From an uncultured Acidimicrobiia bacterium (GTDB taxonomy: Bacteria; Actinomycetota; Acidimicrobiia; IMCC26256; PALSA-555), in the NCBI GenBank assembly GCA_963809885.1, contig CAWELA010000003.1, positions 130,625 to 194,624 of the forward strand: DNA of 64,000 nt. The letters are read 5' to 3'. Positions 1 through 10,116 of this stretch are shown here, piece after piece. How positions within the stretch are numbered: position 1 is the stretch's first letter; the number at the start of each line of letters is the position of its first letter. Position numbers and translations under genes: made by a program. Under the pieces are notes generated by a model, which was not told the origin of the DNA, searched no databases, and saw only the letters and a program-made list of their open reading frames with translations.

Positions 1-2006
1 GTGCGCCGGGCGTCAGCGCCTCGACGGCGGCGATGTGCTCCTCGCTGCGGGCGACGAGGTTGTGCACGTACTGGAGCCGTCCGTCCTGCACGTAGAAGCT
101 GAAGCCTCCGAAGGTCGCGCCCATGGCGAGGAGCACGCCGTCGGCGTCCCCGTCGGCGACGCCGGCGGGCAGCTCGACCTCGGCGGTGATCGTGTGCGAG
201 CGTCGCTTCACGTCGACGGCGACCGCCTCGGGGACCATCCCGCCGGGTCGGTACTCGTAGCGGGTGCGCGCGGGCCAGGGTCGGGGCGCGGGGTCGAAGA
301 TCGCCACCTGCGGTCGGTTGTCGAGCGGCAGCACCTGGTAGCGCTCGGCCTCCTGCCACCAGAGGTCCTGCAGCTCCCGGAGCTTCTCGGGGTGCTCGGC
401 CGCGAGGTCGTGGCTCTCGGAGAAGTCCTCGGCGACGTGGAACAGCTCCCAGACGTCGTCGTCGAAGGGCAGGTCCGGGTCGTCGTCGAGGCTGTACATC
501 TTGCCGAGGGGCTTCCAGGTCACCGCCTTCCACCCGTCGTGGTAGATCGCCCGCGAGCCGAGCATCTCGAAGTACTGGGTGTCGCGGGTCGGGGCCGACG
601 CGTCGGAGAACGTCGCGAGGAAGCTCGCGCCCTCGACCGGCTGCTGCTCCACTCCGTCGATCTGCGCGGGCGGGGCGATCCCGATCGCGTCGAGGATCGT
701 GGGGAGCACGTCGATCGCGTGGACGAACTGGCGTCGCTGCTCGCCGCGCACGGCGATCCCGCGCGGCCAGTGCACGATGCACGGGTCGGCGACGCCGCCT
801 TCGTGGGTCTCGCGCTTCCAGCGACGCAGCGGCGTGTTCCCCGCCATCGTCCAGCCCCACGGGTAGTTGTTGTGCACGGTCGGCCCACCGATGTCGTCGA
901 TGCGGGTGATCATCTCCGCGACGCCGGCCGGCATCGCGTTCCAGAGGCGGACGTCGTTGATCGAGCCGTGCGCGCCGCCCTCGGAGCTCGCGCCGTTGTC
1001 GCTCACCAGGACGATGATCGTGTTCGTCGAGCTCGCCGGACTCCTCGAGCGCGGCGACGACGCGTCCGATCTGGGCGTCGGCGTGCGAGAGGAAGGCCGC
1101 GAAGCACTCCATGAACCGGGCCGCGAGGCGCTGCTCGTCGGCCGAGAGCGAGTCCCAGGCGGGGACCCAGTCGGGACGCGGCGGGAGCTCGGTTCCCTCG
1201 GGGACGATGCCCTCGGCGACCTGGCGGGCGAAGATCGAGTCGCGCCACGCATCCCAGCCCATGTCGAAGCGCCCGGCGTACTGCTCGATCCACTCGGCCG
1301 GCGCCTGGTGCGGCGAGTGGCACGCGCCGGTGCAGAAGTAGAGGAAGAACGGCTTCTCGGTGTCGACGGCCCGCAGGTCGTTGATGCACTCGATCGCGTG
1401 GTCGGCGAGGTCCTCGGTGAGGTGGTAGCCGTCCTCGTAGGTGCCGGGTGGCTCGACGAAGTGGTTGTCGTGCACGAGGTCGGGTGCGAACTGGTGGGTC
1501 TCGCCGTGGAAGAAGCCGTAGAAGCGCTCGAAGCCGCGCCCGAGCGGCCACCGCGACCGGGGGCCGGCGAGATGCGAGTCCTCGTCGGGGGTCAGGTGCC
1601 ACTTGCCGATCGCGTAGGTCGCGTAGCCCTCGTCGCGCAGGATCTCGGAGAGGAACCCGGCCGAGCGGGGGATGCGTCCGGAGTACCCGGGGAAGCCGCG
1701 GGCCAGGTCCGTGATCCGTCCCATCCCGACCGAGTGGTGGTTGCGGCCGGTGAGGAGGCAGGCCCGGGTCGGCGAGCAGAGGGCGGTGGTGTGGAAGCCC
1801 GTGTACTGCAGGCCGCCGGCGGCGAGACCGTCGAACGTCGGCGTGTCGATGTCGGAGCCGTAGCAGCCGAGCTGTGCGAAGCCGACGTCGTCGAGCACGA
1901 CGAGCACCACGTTGGGTGCGCCCTCGGGCGGTCCGTCGTGCTCGGGCCACCAGGGCTCCGACTCGCGCCAGTCCCGCCCGATCGGTGCCCTGGAAGTCGT
2001 GGCCAT
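1..2006 (-). pseudogene. Cys-type arylsulfatase (formylglycine sulfatase family); 3' end runs off the window; one frame disruption
   Basis: Reverse strand from ATG 2006 reads MATTSRAPIGRDWRESEPWWPEHDGPPEGAPNVVLVVLDDVGFAQLGCYGSDIDTPTFDGLAAGGLQYTGFHTTALCSPTRACLLTGRNHHS (CxPxR signature), then ...KWHLTP...FLYFCTGACHSPHQAP. It is absent from the ORF track because no stop is reached inside the window. Near 1025 the conserved GELDNTIIVLVSDNGAS block reads GELDEHDHRPGER (one extra nt). The shifted frame then continues as sulfatase (NNYPWGWTMAGNTPLRRWKRETHEGG...). Confidence 0.85.
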
Positions 2007-2054
2007 CGATCCGGGGACCGGTCGTCCGGGGTCGGCTGTCCTGCGGGCGCGTGC

Positions 2055-3244
2055 TCATGAGGTGCTCCAGGTGACGTGCAACGCGGTCGGATGGCGAAGG
2101 ACGCCGCCGACCGGCAGTGCCCCGGTCGGATCGGCGAGGGTGAGCCCGGGGAGGCGCTCGAGCACCACGCCGAGCGCGGTGAGCATCTCGCGTCGCGCCA
2201 GGTGCGATCCCGGGCAGAACTTCTGCCCGAACCCGAACGTGACGACGTCTTGCGGCTCGCGGGTCGGGTCGAACTCGTCGGGGTTCGACCACGCCCGCGG
2301 GTCGCGGTTCGCGGCCGCGATGCCGAAGAGCAGCAGGGTGTCGGGCTCGTACTCCTGGTCTCCGAAGCGGGCGCCCAGCGGTGCGAGCCTCGGCAGGGTG
2401 GCCACGGGGCCGTCCCAGCGCAGCAGCTCGTGGACGATGCCGGCGCGGAGGTGCTCGTCGCTCGCGTGCCTGTTCGAGGAGCGCGGGGCGGTGCAACAAC
2501 GCCGAGAGCGTGTTCCCGAGCGCGTGCGACGTCGTGGTCGCGCCGACGGTGAACATCAAGCGGACCGTGGAGCACACCTCGGCATCATCGAGGACCTGCC
2601 CGTCGACCTCGGCCGCGAGGAGCGCGGAGAGCAGGTCGTCCTGCGGGTGGCGCACGGCGCGCGTCGAGCAGCGGTTGGAGGATGACGGAGAACTCCTCGG
2701 CCGCCCGCACGGCACCATCGGGGTCGCTCGGGTACGTGAGCATCGCGTCCGCCCACGCGCGCATCTCGTCGTCAGACGCACGGGGCACGCCGAGCTTGCG
2801 CGTGATCGCGTAGTACGGGAGCACCGCAGTGAGCTCGGCGACGAGGTCGGCCTCACCGCGGCCCGCGAACCGGTCGACGATCTCGTGTGCGAGGGGGAGC
2901 AGCGCTTCCTCGTCGAACCGGGCCACCGCACGCGAGCGGAACGCCGGCGTCGCGAGCGCTCGGTGCCGGTCGTGCTCCTTGCCGTCCATGCTGATGAACG
3001 TGCGTCCGACGACCGGCTCGGTGTGCATCTGGTAGGTCGAGCCGGCAGGCAGGTGCTCGTCGTCCCGGAACGCCTCCTTGACGTCGTCGAAGCGCGTGAC
3101 GAGCTGGGCCTCGGTCCCGAAGAACCGCACGGGGACCACACGCCCGGACTCCCGCAGCCGGCCGAGCGCGGTGTGCAGGTCGTCGCCCGGGAGCAGATCC
3201 ATGCCCAGGTCGATCGCCGGGTCGACCGCGGTCGTTGCGCTCAT
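2055..3244 (-). pseudogene. cytochrome P450 monooxygenase, two frame disruptions
   Basis: Three collinear reverse-strand frame segments. 3244 to ~2655: MSATTAVDPAIDLG...DRFAGRGEADLVAELTAVLPYYAITRKLGV...EEFSVILQPLLDARRA. ~2655 to ~2460: HPQDDLLSALLAAEVDGQVLDDAEVCSTVRLMFTVGATTTSHALGNTLSALL. ~2460 to 2055: IVHELLRWDGPVATLPR...FGFGQKFCPGSHLARRE (ExxR and the haem-thiolate FxxGxxxCxG loop). The ATG overlaps the upstream stop (ATGA at 3241-3244). Confidence 0.85.
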
Positions 3245-4505
3245 GCGGGTGTCGCGGGGCTCACCACACCCGCGTCGCGCAGCTTCGCGATCTCGGCGTC
3301 GGACAGCCCGAGGTCGGTGCGCAGGACCTCCTCGGTGTGCTCGCCGACCCAGGCCGGTCGGGTCTCGGGTCCCTCGGCGACCTTCGTCATCTTCACGGGG
3401 TTGCCGGGGATGAGGACCGGGTTGGCGACGCCGTCGTCGCGGGGCAGCTCGACGAGCATGTTGCGCGCCGCGACGTGCGGGTCGGCGATGACGTCCTCGG
3501 CGTCGTTCACCGGACCGGCCGCGATGCCGGCCGCGTTGAGGTCGTGACAGCAGTCGAGCTTGGTCTTGCCCGCGGCCCAGGCGTCGACCGCGGGGCGGAT
3601 CACGCTCTCGAGCTCGCGTCGCCAACCCTCGCGGGTCGCGAATCGTCGGGTCGTCGAGCCACTCGGGGTGTCCGATCATCTCGGCGAGGCGTTGGAACTG
3701 GTGCTCGCGCCCGACCTGCACCACGAACCAGCCGTCGGTGGCCTGGAACCCGTCCATGATGAGGAGCGGGCCGAGACCGTCGGGTCGCATGCCCATCGAC
3801 CAGAAGTTCACCACGAGGTCGGCCATGGCGACCATCGAGTCGAGCATCGCGATGTCGACGTACTGGCCCTCGCCGGTGCGATCGCGGTGGCGGAGCGCGG
3901 CGAGGATGCCGATGGTGGCGAAGAGCGAGCTCGAGATGTCGCCGAGGGCGCCGGCCGGCGCGACGAGTGGCGGCTTTCCCGGCTCCTGCTTGTAGTCGTA
4001 GAGGCCGGACATCGCTTCGGCGATCGGTGCGTACGCCGCCCACGAGTCGTACGGCGACTCGATCGTGTTCCCGAAGCCCGACACCGACGCGTAGATGACC
4101 GTCGGGTGGACGGCGAGCACGTCCTCGTAGGCGAGGCCGAGCTTCTTCATCGTCCCGGCGCGGAAGTTCTCCGCGACGACGTCGTAGTGCGGCGCGAGCG
4201 CCAGGAACAGCTCCCGCCCCTCGGGCTGCTTGAGGTCGATGCCGATGCTGCGCTTGTCGAGGGCGTTCCGCAGGAAGGTCGCACCGACGCGCCGCCCCCA
4301 CGGGTCGGTGATCGCCGGCAGGGCGCCCCGGCCGGACTCTCCCTCGAGTCGGGTGCTCGACCTTCACCACGTCGGCCCCGAGCCGGGCGAGCAGCTGCGT
4401 CCCGTACGGGAGTGCCTGCATCTGCTCGGCGGCGAGGATGCGTACCCCATCGAGCGGCTTGCCGTACTGCGCGGCCCCTGCGTTCGCGACCTCCCCGAGC
4501 TTCAT
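3241..4505 (-). pseudogene. family III CoA-transferase (CaiB/BaiF type), two frame disruptions
   Basis: 4505 to ~4340: MKLGEVANAGAAQYGKPLDGVRILAAEQMQALPYGTQLLARLGADVVKVEHPTRG. ~4340 to ~3645: ESGRGALPAITDPWGRRVGATFLRNALDKRSIGIDLKQPEGRELFLALAPHYDVVAENFRAGTMKKLGLAYEDVLAVHPTVIYASVSGFG...GEGQYVDIAMLDS. ~3645 to 3241: RFATREGWRRELESVIRPAVDAWAAGKTKLDCCHDLNAAGIAAGPVNDAEDVIADPHVAARNMLVEL. Confidence 0.8.
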
Positions 4506-4575
4506 CGGCGCATCGTACGGCGCGACGCCGCGACGGTGCCCGTCCCGCTCGGTCCGCCCTCGGGATCGGGCGGTG

Positions 4576-5040
4576 CTACCCGTCCCCGAACATGGCGGCG
4601 GCGCGTCGGTCGATCTCCTCGGGCGACACGTCCTCGATGTGGGTGTGGATCGACCACCGGTGCCCGAAGGGGTCCTCGAGGTCTTCCGGCGCGGTCCCCG
4701 TAGAACTGGTCCTCGACCGGGCGGATCTCGTTCGCACCGGCCGCGATCGCCTTCGCGAACGTCGCGTCGACGTCGGGCACGTAGATCGTGAGCGTCACCG
4801 GCGACCCGCCGATGGTCTTCGGGCCGCGGGCGTTCATCTCGGGGTACTCGTCGGAGAGCATCACGGTCGAGTCGCCGATCTTGACCTCGGCGTGGCCGAT
4901 CTTCCCGTCCGGTGCGGGGATCCGGTACGACTCGGTCCGTCGAACACGTCGCAGTAGAAGTCGATCGCGGCGGCGGCACCGTCGACGCACAGGTACGGGG
5001 CGACGGTGTGGGACTCGGCGGGCTGGTGGTGCACGGCCAT
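4576..5040 (-). pseudogene. VOC/glyoxalase-fold protein (PhnB/YjdN-like), two frame disruptions
   Basis: From ATG 5040: MAVHHQPAESHTVAPYLCVDGAAAAIDFYCDVFDG | TESYRIPAPDGKIGHAEVKIGDSTVMLSDEYPEMNARGPKTIGGSPVTLTIYVPDVDATFAKAIAAGANEIRPVEDQFYGDRAG | LEDPFGHRWSIHTHIEDVSPEEIDRRAAAMFGDG, then stop. There is a 1-nt deletion near 4945 and a 1-nt insertion near 4682, so the total length is still divisible by 3. Confidence 0.7.
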
Positions 5041-5158
5041 GGCGGGCTCCTCGGGTCCGGGCGCGGGCGTCGGGGTCGAACAGATGTTCGCAGCCTACGT
5101 GTCGGCCCCGAGATCGGGTCAAGAGCACGACGAGCGCGCCTGCCTAGTCTCCGGTCCC

Positions 5159-5761
5159 ATGGCAGGGGCCGTCTCGATCCGCCGGGCGACCGCAGGGGAC
5201 CGCAGCACGTCGGTCGACACCGCGGCGCGCGCCTTCGCCGCCGATCCGTTCATCCGGTACCTCATGCCCGACGACGAGCGGTACTAGGCGGACGCGGCTC
5301 GCTTCTTCGGCTTGCTCTTCGACACCCGTCTCGCCGGCGGCGAGCTGTGGTGCACCGACGACTGTGCGGCGGTCGCCCAGTGGAACGCGCCGGGCGGGAA
5401 CCGCATGGGCGGCGACTGGGTGGACGCGCAGTGGGACGCGATCGAGCCCGAGCTGCACCCGGCGACGATCCCCGGGGTGGAGCGTCTCGACCACGCGCTG
5501 ACGCCGACCTGGCCGGACGGGCCGCACTGGTACCTCGGTGTCCTCGCGACGCACCCGGACCGCCAGGGGCGGGGCCTCGGCTCGGCCGTGCTCGTGCCGG
5601 GGCTGGCCGAGGCCGATGCCGCGGGCCTCGCGTCGTACCTCGTGACGGCGACGGAGGCGAACGTGGCGTTCTACGCACGGCACGGTTTCGGGATCCACGT
5701 CGAGGTGGACCTGCCGCACGGGCCGCACATCTGGATGCTCGGCCGGCCCGCGGGCGGGTGA
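5159..5761 (+). pseudogene. GNAT family N-acetyltransferase interrupted by an in-frame TAG
   Basis: ATG 5159: MAGAVSIRRATAGDRSTSVDTAARAFAADPFIRYLMPDDERY, then TAG at 5285-5287, then ADAARFFGLLFDTRLAGGELW...HWYLGVLATHPDRQGRGLGSAVLVPGLAEADAAGLASYLVTATEANVAFYARHGF (acetyl-CoA-binding RxxGxG motif). ORFs 5006..5287 and 5312..5761 share one frame, and no stop lies in 5288-5311. Confidence 0.75.
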
Positions 5762-5857
5762 CGATCGCCCGTGAGCGACCTGGGCACCGTTGCCCGGCCG
5801 TGGTCCGACGGGCTCCGACCTGACGCTGCTGTCACCTCGCCAGGTACGCTCGGCCGT

Positions 5858-7265
5858 ATGCGAGGAATCCTGAGTGCAGCCGGCTACGTGCCCTACTGGC
5901 GGCTCGATCGGACCCAGATCGGTGCGACCTTCGGGAGCGGCGGAGGCAAGGGCACCCGAGCCGTCGCGTCGTACGACGAGGACACCACGACGATGGGTGT
6001 CGAGGCCGCGCGGCTGGCGCTGGCGTCGGCGGGTGGCGTCGACCCGGGTGCGCTGGCGTTCGCTACCGCGTCGCCCGCGTACCTCGACAAGACCAACGCG
6101 ACCACCATGCACGCGGTGCTGCGACTCGACCGCACGGTGCCGGCGTACGACTTCGGTGGCGCGGTCCGCTCGGCGAACGGCGCACTGCTCGCCGCGTTGA
6201 TCGGCGGTCCGTCGGTGCTCGTCGTGAGCTCCGACGAGCGCAACGGTCTCCCGACCAGCGCCGACGAGTCGGCGGGTGGCGACGCAGCGGCGGCGATCCT
6301 GGTCGGCTCCGACGAGGACGGCCCCGTGCTCGCCGAGCTCCTCGGCGTCGGGACCACCACCGAGGAGTTCATCGACCGCTGGCGGCTCCCCGGCGAGCCG
6401 CGCTCGAAGGCATGGGAAGAGCGGTTCGGCGAGACGAAGTACGTCCCGCTCGGCGAGGAGGCGTGGAACGCCGCGCTGAAGTCCGCAGAGCTCTCGCCCG
6501 ACCAGGTCGACCACCTCATCGTCGCCGGCCCCCACCCGCGCGCGGTGCGCTCGCTCACGCCGCGCCTCGGCGTCGAGCCGGCCAAGGTCGTCGACGGCTT
6601 GGCGGCGACGGTCGGCTACACGGGGACTGCGCACGTCGCGCTGCTGCTCGCGTCGGTGCTCGAGACCGCGAAGCCCGGTGAGGTCATCGGCGTCGTCTCG
6701 ATCGCCGACGGCGCCGACGCGATGCTGTTCCGCACGACGGACGCCCTTGGCTCGTACGTCGCCGGCCCGCACCGTGGCGCAGCAGATCGAGGCCCGCGCC
6801 GAGGTCGCCTACGGGAAGTTCTTCGCCTGGCGCGACTGGGTCACGCTCGAGCCGCCGCGTCGCCCCGAGCCAGGCCGTATCTCGGGCGCGATCTCGGGTC
6901 GCCGGGAGGACTGGAAGTACGGGTTCGTCGGCTCCAAGGACCGATCGAGCGGTGCATTGCACCTCCCCCCGGCCCGGGTATCGATGGTGGGTGGCGCGCA
7001 GGACGACATGGAGGCGGCGCCGATGGCCGACCACGTCGGCACCATCGCGACGTTCACGATCGACAAGATCGCGTACTCGCCCAGCCCGCCGATCGTGTTC
7101 GCGGTCGTCGACTTCGACGGCGGCGGTCGTACGGCCGTCGAGCTCTGCGACGTGAACGCGGACGACCTGAAGATGGGCGACCGGGTCGAGATGACGTTCC
7201 GTCGCCTCTTCACCGCCGACAGCATCCACAACTACTTCTGGAAGGCGCGCCCGGTCCGCGGCTGA
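5858..7265 (+). pseudogene. thiolase-fold (HMG-CoA synthase-like) domain fused to a DUF35 OB-fold domain, one frame disruption
   Basis: ATG 5858: MRGILSAAGYVPYWRLDRTQIG...GTRAVASYDEDTTTMGVEAARLAL...VGYTGTAHVALLLASVLE (frame of ORF 5771..7369). After a 1-nt shift near 6765 it joins RTVAQQIEARAEVAYGKFFAWRDW...GTIATFTIDKIAYSPSPPIVFAVVDFDGGGRTAVELCDVNADDLKMGDRVEMTFRRL (ORF 6678..7265, DUF35 C-terminal OB fold). Confidence 0.7.
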
Positions 7266-7304
7266 GCGGACGGGAGCGACCGCACGGAGGAGGACGGCGA
7301 CTCC

Positions 7305-8499
7305 ATGGCATCGCACGGGATCAAGGACCAGGTCGCCATCGTCGGGATGGGCTGCACCAAGTTCGGTGAGCACTGGGACAAGGGCACCGACGACCTGCTG
7401 ATCTGGTCGACGGGCGAGGCGCTCGAGAGCGCCGGGGTCGCGAAGGACGACATCGACGCGTACTGGCTCGGCACCGCGATGTCGGGCAACTCGGGCCAGA
7501 CGCTCGCGCGGCCGCTGGGCATCCAGAAGCCGGTGACCCGCGTCGAGAACTACTGCGCGACCGGCTCCGAGGCGCTGCGCAACGCGGCGTACGCGGTCGC
7601 GTCGGGCGCCTACGACGTCGCGATGGCGGTCGGAGTCGAGAAGGTCAAGGACAGCGGGTACCAGGGCCTCGTCGGCGCGAGCCATGCTCCGACCGACGGA
7701 ACGGCCCGCGCACTGTCGGCGGCCGCGATGTTCGCGATGTGCGCCCCTGCGTACGGCGCGAAGTACGGCGTCAGCGACGACGAGATGCGCGAGGTGCTCG
7801 CCCGCATCTCGTGGAAGAACCACCAGAACGGCTCGGTCAACGAGCGGGCGCAGTTCCGCAAGCCCGTCACGATGGACACGATCTGCAGCGCGCCGCTCAT
7901 GGCCGGCACGCTTCGCGTCTTCGACTGCTCGGGTGTCGCCGACGGCTCGGCCGCGGCGATCGTCGTGCGCGCCGAGGACGCGCTGAAGTACACGGACAAG
8001 CCCCTGTACATCAAGGGTCTCTCGTTCATCGCCGGCGACGGCACCGGCAACGCCGAACCCCGACTACGACTACACGTGGTTCCCGGAGATCAACATGGCC
8101 GGCAAGGACGCCTACGCGCAGGCGGGCGTCACCGATCCCCGCAGCCAGATCGCGATGGCCGAGGTGCACGACTGCTTCACGCCGGCCGAGCTGCTGATCT
8201 ACGAGGACCTCGGCTTCGCCGAGCGCGGCACCGCATGGAAGGAGGTGCTCAACGGCACCTTCGACCTGCTCGGTGACCTGCCGGTGAACCCCGACGGCGG
8301 CCTCAAGAGCTTCGGCCACCCGGTCGGAGCGAGCGGACTGCGGATGTTCTTCGAGAACTGGCTCCAGCTGCGCGGTGAGGCGCCGCCCGAGCGCACGATC
8401 AAGACCGCGGACCGCGGCCTCGGCCTCGTGCACAACCTCGGTGGTTACCCGGGCGAGATGGTCAGCTTCGTGGGGATCGTCGGCAACCAGCTCGGCTAG
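7305..8499 (+). pseudogene. SCP-x/Ltp-type thiolase (acetyl-CoA C-acyltransferase family), one frame disruption
   Basis: RBS GGAGGAGGA precedes ATG 7305: MASHGIKDQVAIVGMGCTKFGEHW...VENYCATGSEALRNAAYAVASGAYD (nucleophilic Cys). A 1-nt insertion lies near 8053. ORF 8095..8499 continues NMAGKDAYAQAGV...AEVHDCFTPAELLIYEDLGF...NPDGGLKSFGHPVGASGLRM. Confidence 0.85.
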
Positions 8500-9852
8500 A
8501 TCAAGCCGGGATCGTCCATCGAGTTCACCGGCCACTGCGGGCGGTAGTAGCCGCGGAAGTGGAGCTGGCCGCCGCGCAGCTCGCGGATCGTGAGGAAGTC
8601 GCCCTTGTAGCCGCGGTGGTCGTACTCCGCGAAGGTGATGAAGCACGACGGGCCACCGTTCGTCGTGGGCATCCACTTGATCATCTCGATGCCCTCCTTC
8701 ACGTGGCGGGGGGTCGGGATCCGGGCGTTCGCGATGCCCTGGATCGCGACGCGTGCCGTGTCGTAGGCCAGCGCCACCACGACGTTGCGTGACACGCGAC
8801 CGAACCGGGCCTCGAAGCGATCGAGCATCGCGTTGTAGTTGAGGTTGGTGCCGTCCTCGCCGAGCTGGTCGACGCCGTGCCAGCCCTCGAGACCCTCGGC
8901 CCACGCGTTCGAGTTCGAATAGAACATGAACGCGGTGCCCATGACGCGGGGCGGATCCCAGTCGAGCGCCTTGAAGGCGCTCGCGAAGTGGAACGTCGAG
9001 TACCCGTAGCCGACGTAGACGACTGCCTCGGTGCCGAGCGCGCGCATCTGCTCGAGCTGGTCCTGCAGGTTGCGCGGGTTCGGCGCGAGGAACACCTCCT
9101 TGGTGATCTCGAGCCCGATCTGGAGCGCCGTGCGGCGGAAGTAGTCGGCGTAGAGGTCGCCGGCCGAGCCCTGCTCCCAGAAGAAGCCGACCTTCTGGTG
9201 GCCCTTGGAGCTTGCACCAGTTGGCGCACATCACCGACTCGGTGGGGATGTCACCGTTCGCGACGGTGAACACGAACTCCCCGAACGCGCGCGTCGTGCC
9301 CGTCCAGAGGAGCACGGGCACGCCCGCCGCGTTCGCGTACGGAGCGATCACCTCCGAGTTGTCGGCGATGAACGGGCCGATGACGACGACGCAGCCCTCC
9401 TCGACGAGGCGGTGGTACCCGGCGATCAGCTTGCGGTAGTTCTCGCGCGGCAGGCCGCGCGCGTCGACGGTGAAGATCTCGATGGGGCGGGTCCAGATGC
9501 CCTCGTTCATCGCGTCCTCGATCGCGAGGACGAACGGGTCGATGCAGTCGGCGAGCAGCTGGCCGAGGTCCATGTCGATCAGGAAACCGATGCGCACCGG
9601 CTCGAACGGGTCGCCCTGGGTCTGGATCCCGCGCGTCGGCGGGTAGATCACGATGCGTTCGACGGCCTTCTCGCCGACGCGCCCGCCGCCCTGATACCAC
9701 TGCTCGCCCTGCCACGAGCCGAGCTCGGCGGTGTCGACGCCGGAGGTCACGGTGCTGACGGCTCGGTCCTCCCGTGCGATCCCGTGGTCGACCGGCGCCG
9801 GGAACAGTCGTTCCGCGTACCTCGACGGCTCGCGCGGCTGCTCGTCGCTCAT
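8496..9852 (-). pseudogene. Leu/Ile/Val-binding-type (type I periplasmic-binding fold) solute-binding protein homologue without signal peptide, one frame disruption
   Basis: ATG 9852: MSDEQPREPSRYAERLFPAPVDHG...PVRIGFLIDMDLGQLLADCIDPFVLAIEDAMNEGIW...VVVIGPFIADNSEVIAPYANAAGVPVLLWTGT...ESVMCANWCKL. An extra C lies near 9207. It continues KGHQKVGFFWEQGSAGDLYADYFRRTALQIGLEITKEVFLAPNPRNLQDQ...ALAYDTARVAIQGI (ORF 8496..9095). The first 90 residues contain no hydrophobic N-terminal segment. Confidence 0.65.
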
Positions 9853-10116
9853 CGCGTCCCCCCGCTGGTTCGGCGCCCCGGTCGACGGTGAGGTCTGGGC
9901 GACGAGATCATGCCCCGAACGGCGGGGTTGGTGGGAGCGGCGCCAGCGCGGCGCGCAGCGCCTCGAGGTCGGCGCGCTCGAGGTCGGCCGGCGGCTCGAC
10001 CGCCGCTCGATCAGCTCGGCCTTCGTCTTCTCCAGCGGGGGTTCCTCGAGGGATCCGCGCGAAGATCGGGATCACCCGCCTCTCCCCCGAGGGCCGACCC
10101 TCCGCCGAGGACCGAC

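Noticed and set aside
1003-3141. 712-aa reverse-strand ORF, the longest near the start of the window
   Set aside because: It is a chimera. Its downstream part is an Arg/Pro-rich off-frame shadow of the sulfatase gene. Only about 65 codons (about 2460-2655) coincide with a real P450 frame segment. The real genes are rebuilt as 1..2006 and 2055..3244.
5285-5287. The TAG in the GNAT gene as a pyrrolysine or programmed read-through site
   Set aside because: There is no pyl gene context, the lineage is actinobacterial, and it is a single occurrence. A point error or a nonsense mutation is far simpler.
5144-6772. 542-aa antisense ORF opposite the GNAT and HMGCS-like genes. Similar long antisense ORFs are 25465..26913, 31465..32865, 43936..45195, 60489..61619 and 61505..63379.
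   Set aside because: Their composition is dominated by Arg/Gly/Asp/Pro/His with no recognisable motifs. Each lies opposite a gene with clear family signatures. These are typical shadow ORFs of high-GC genomes.
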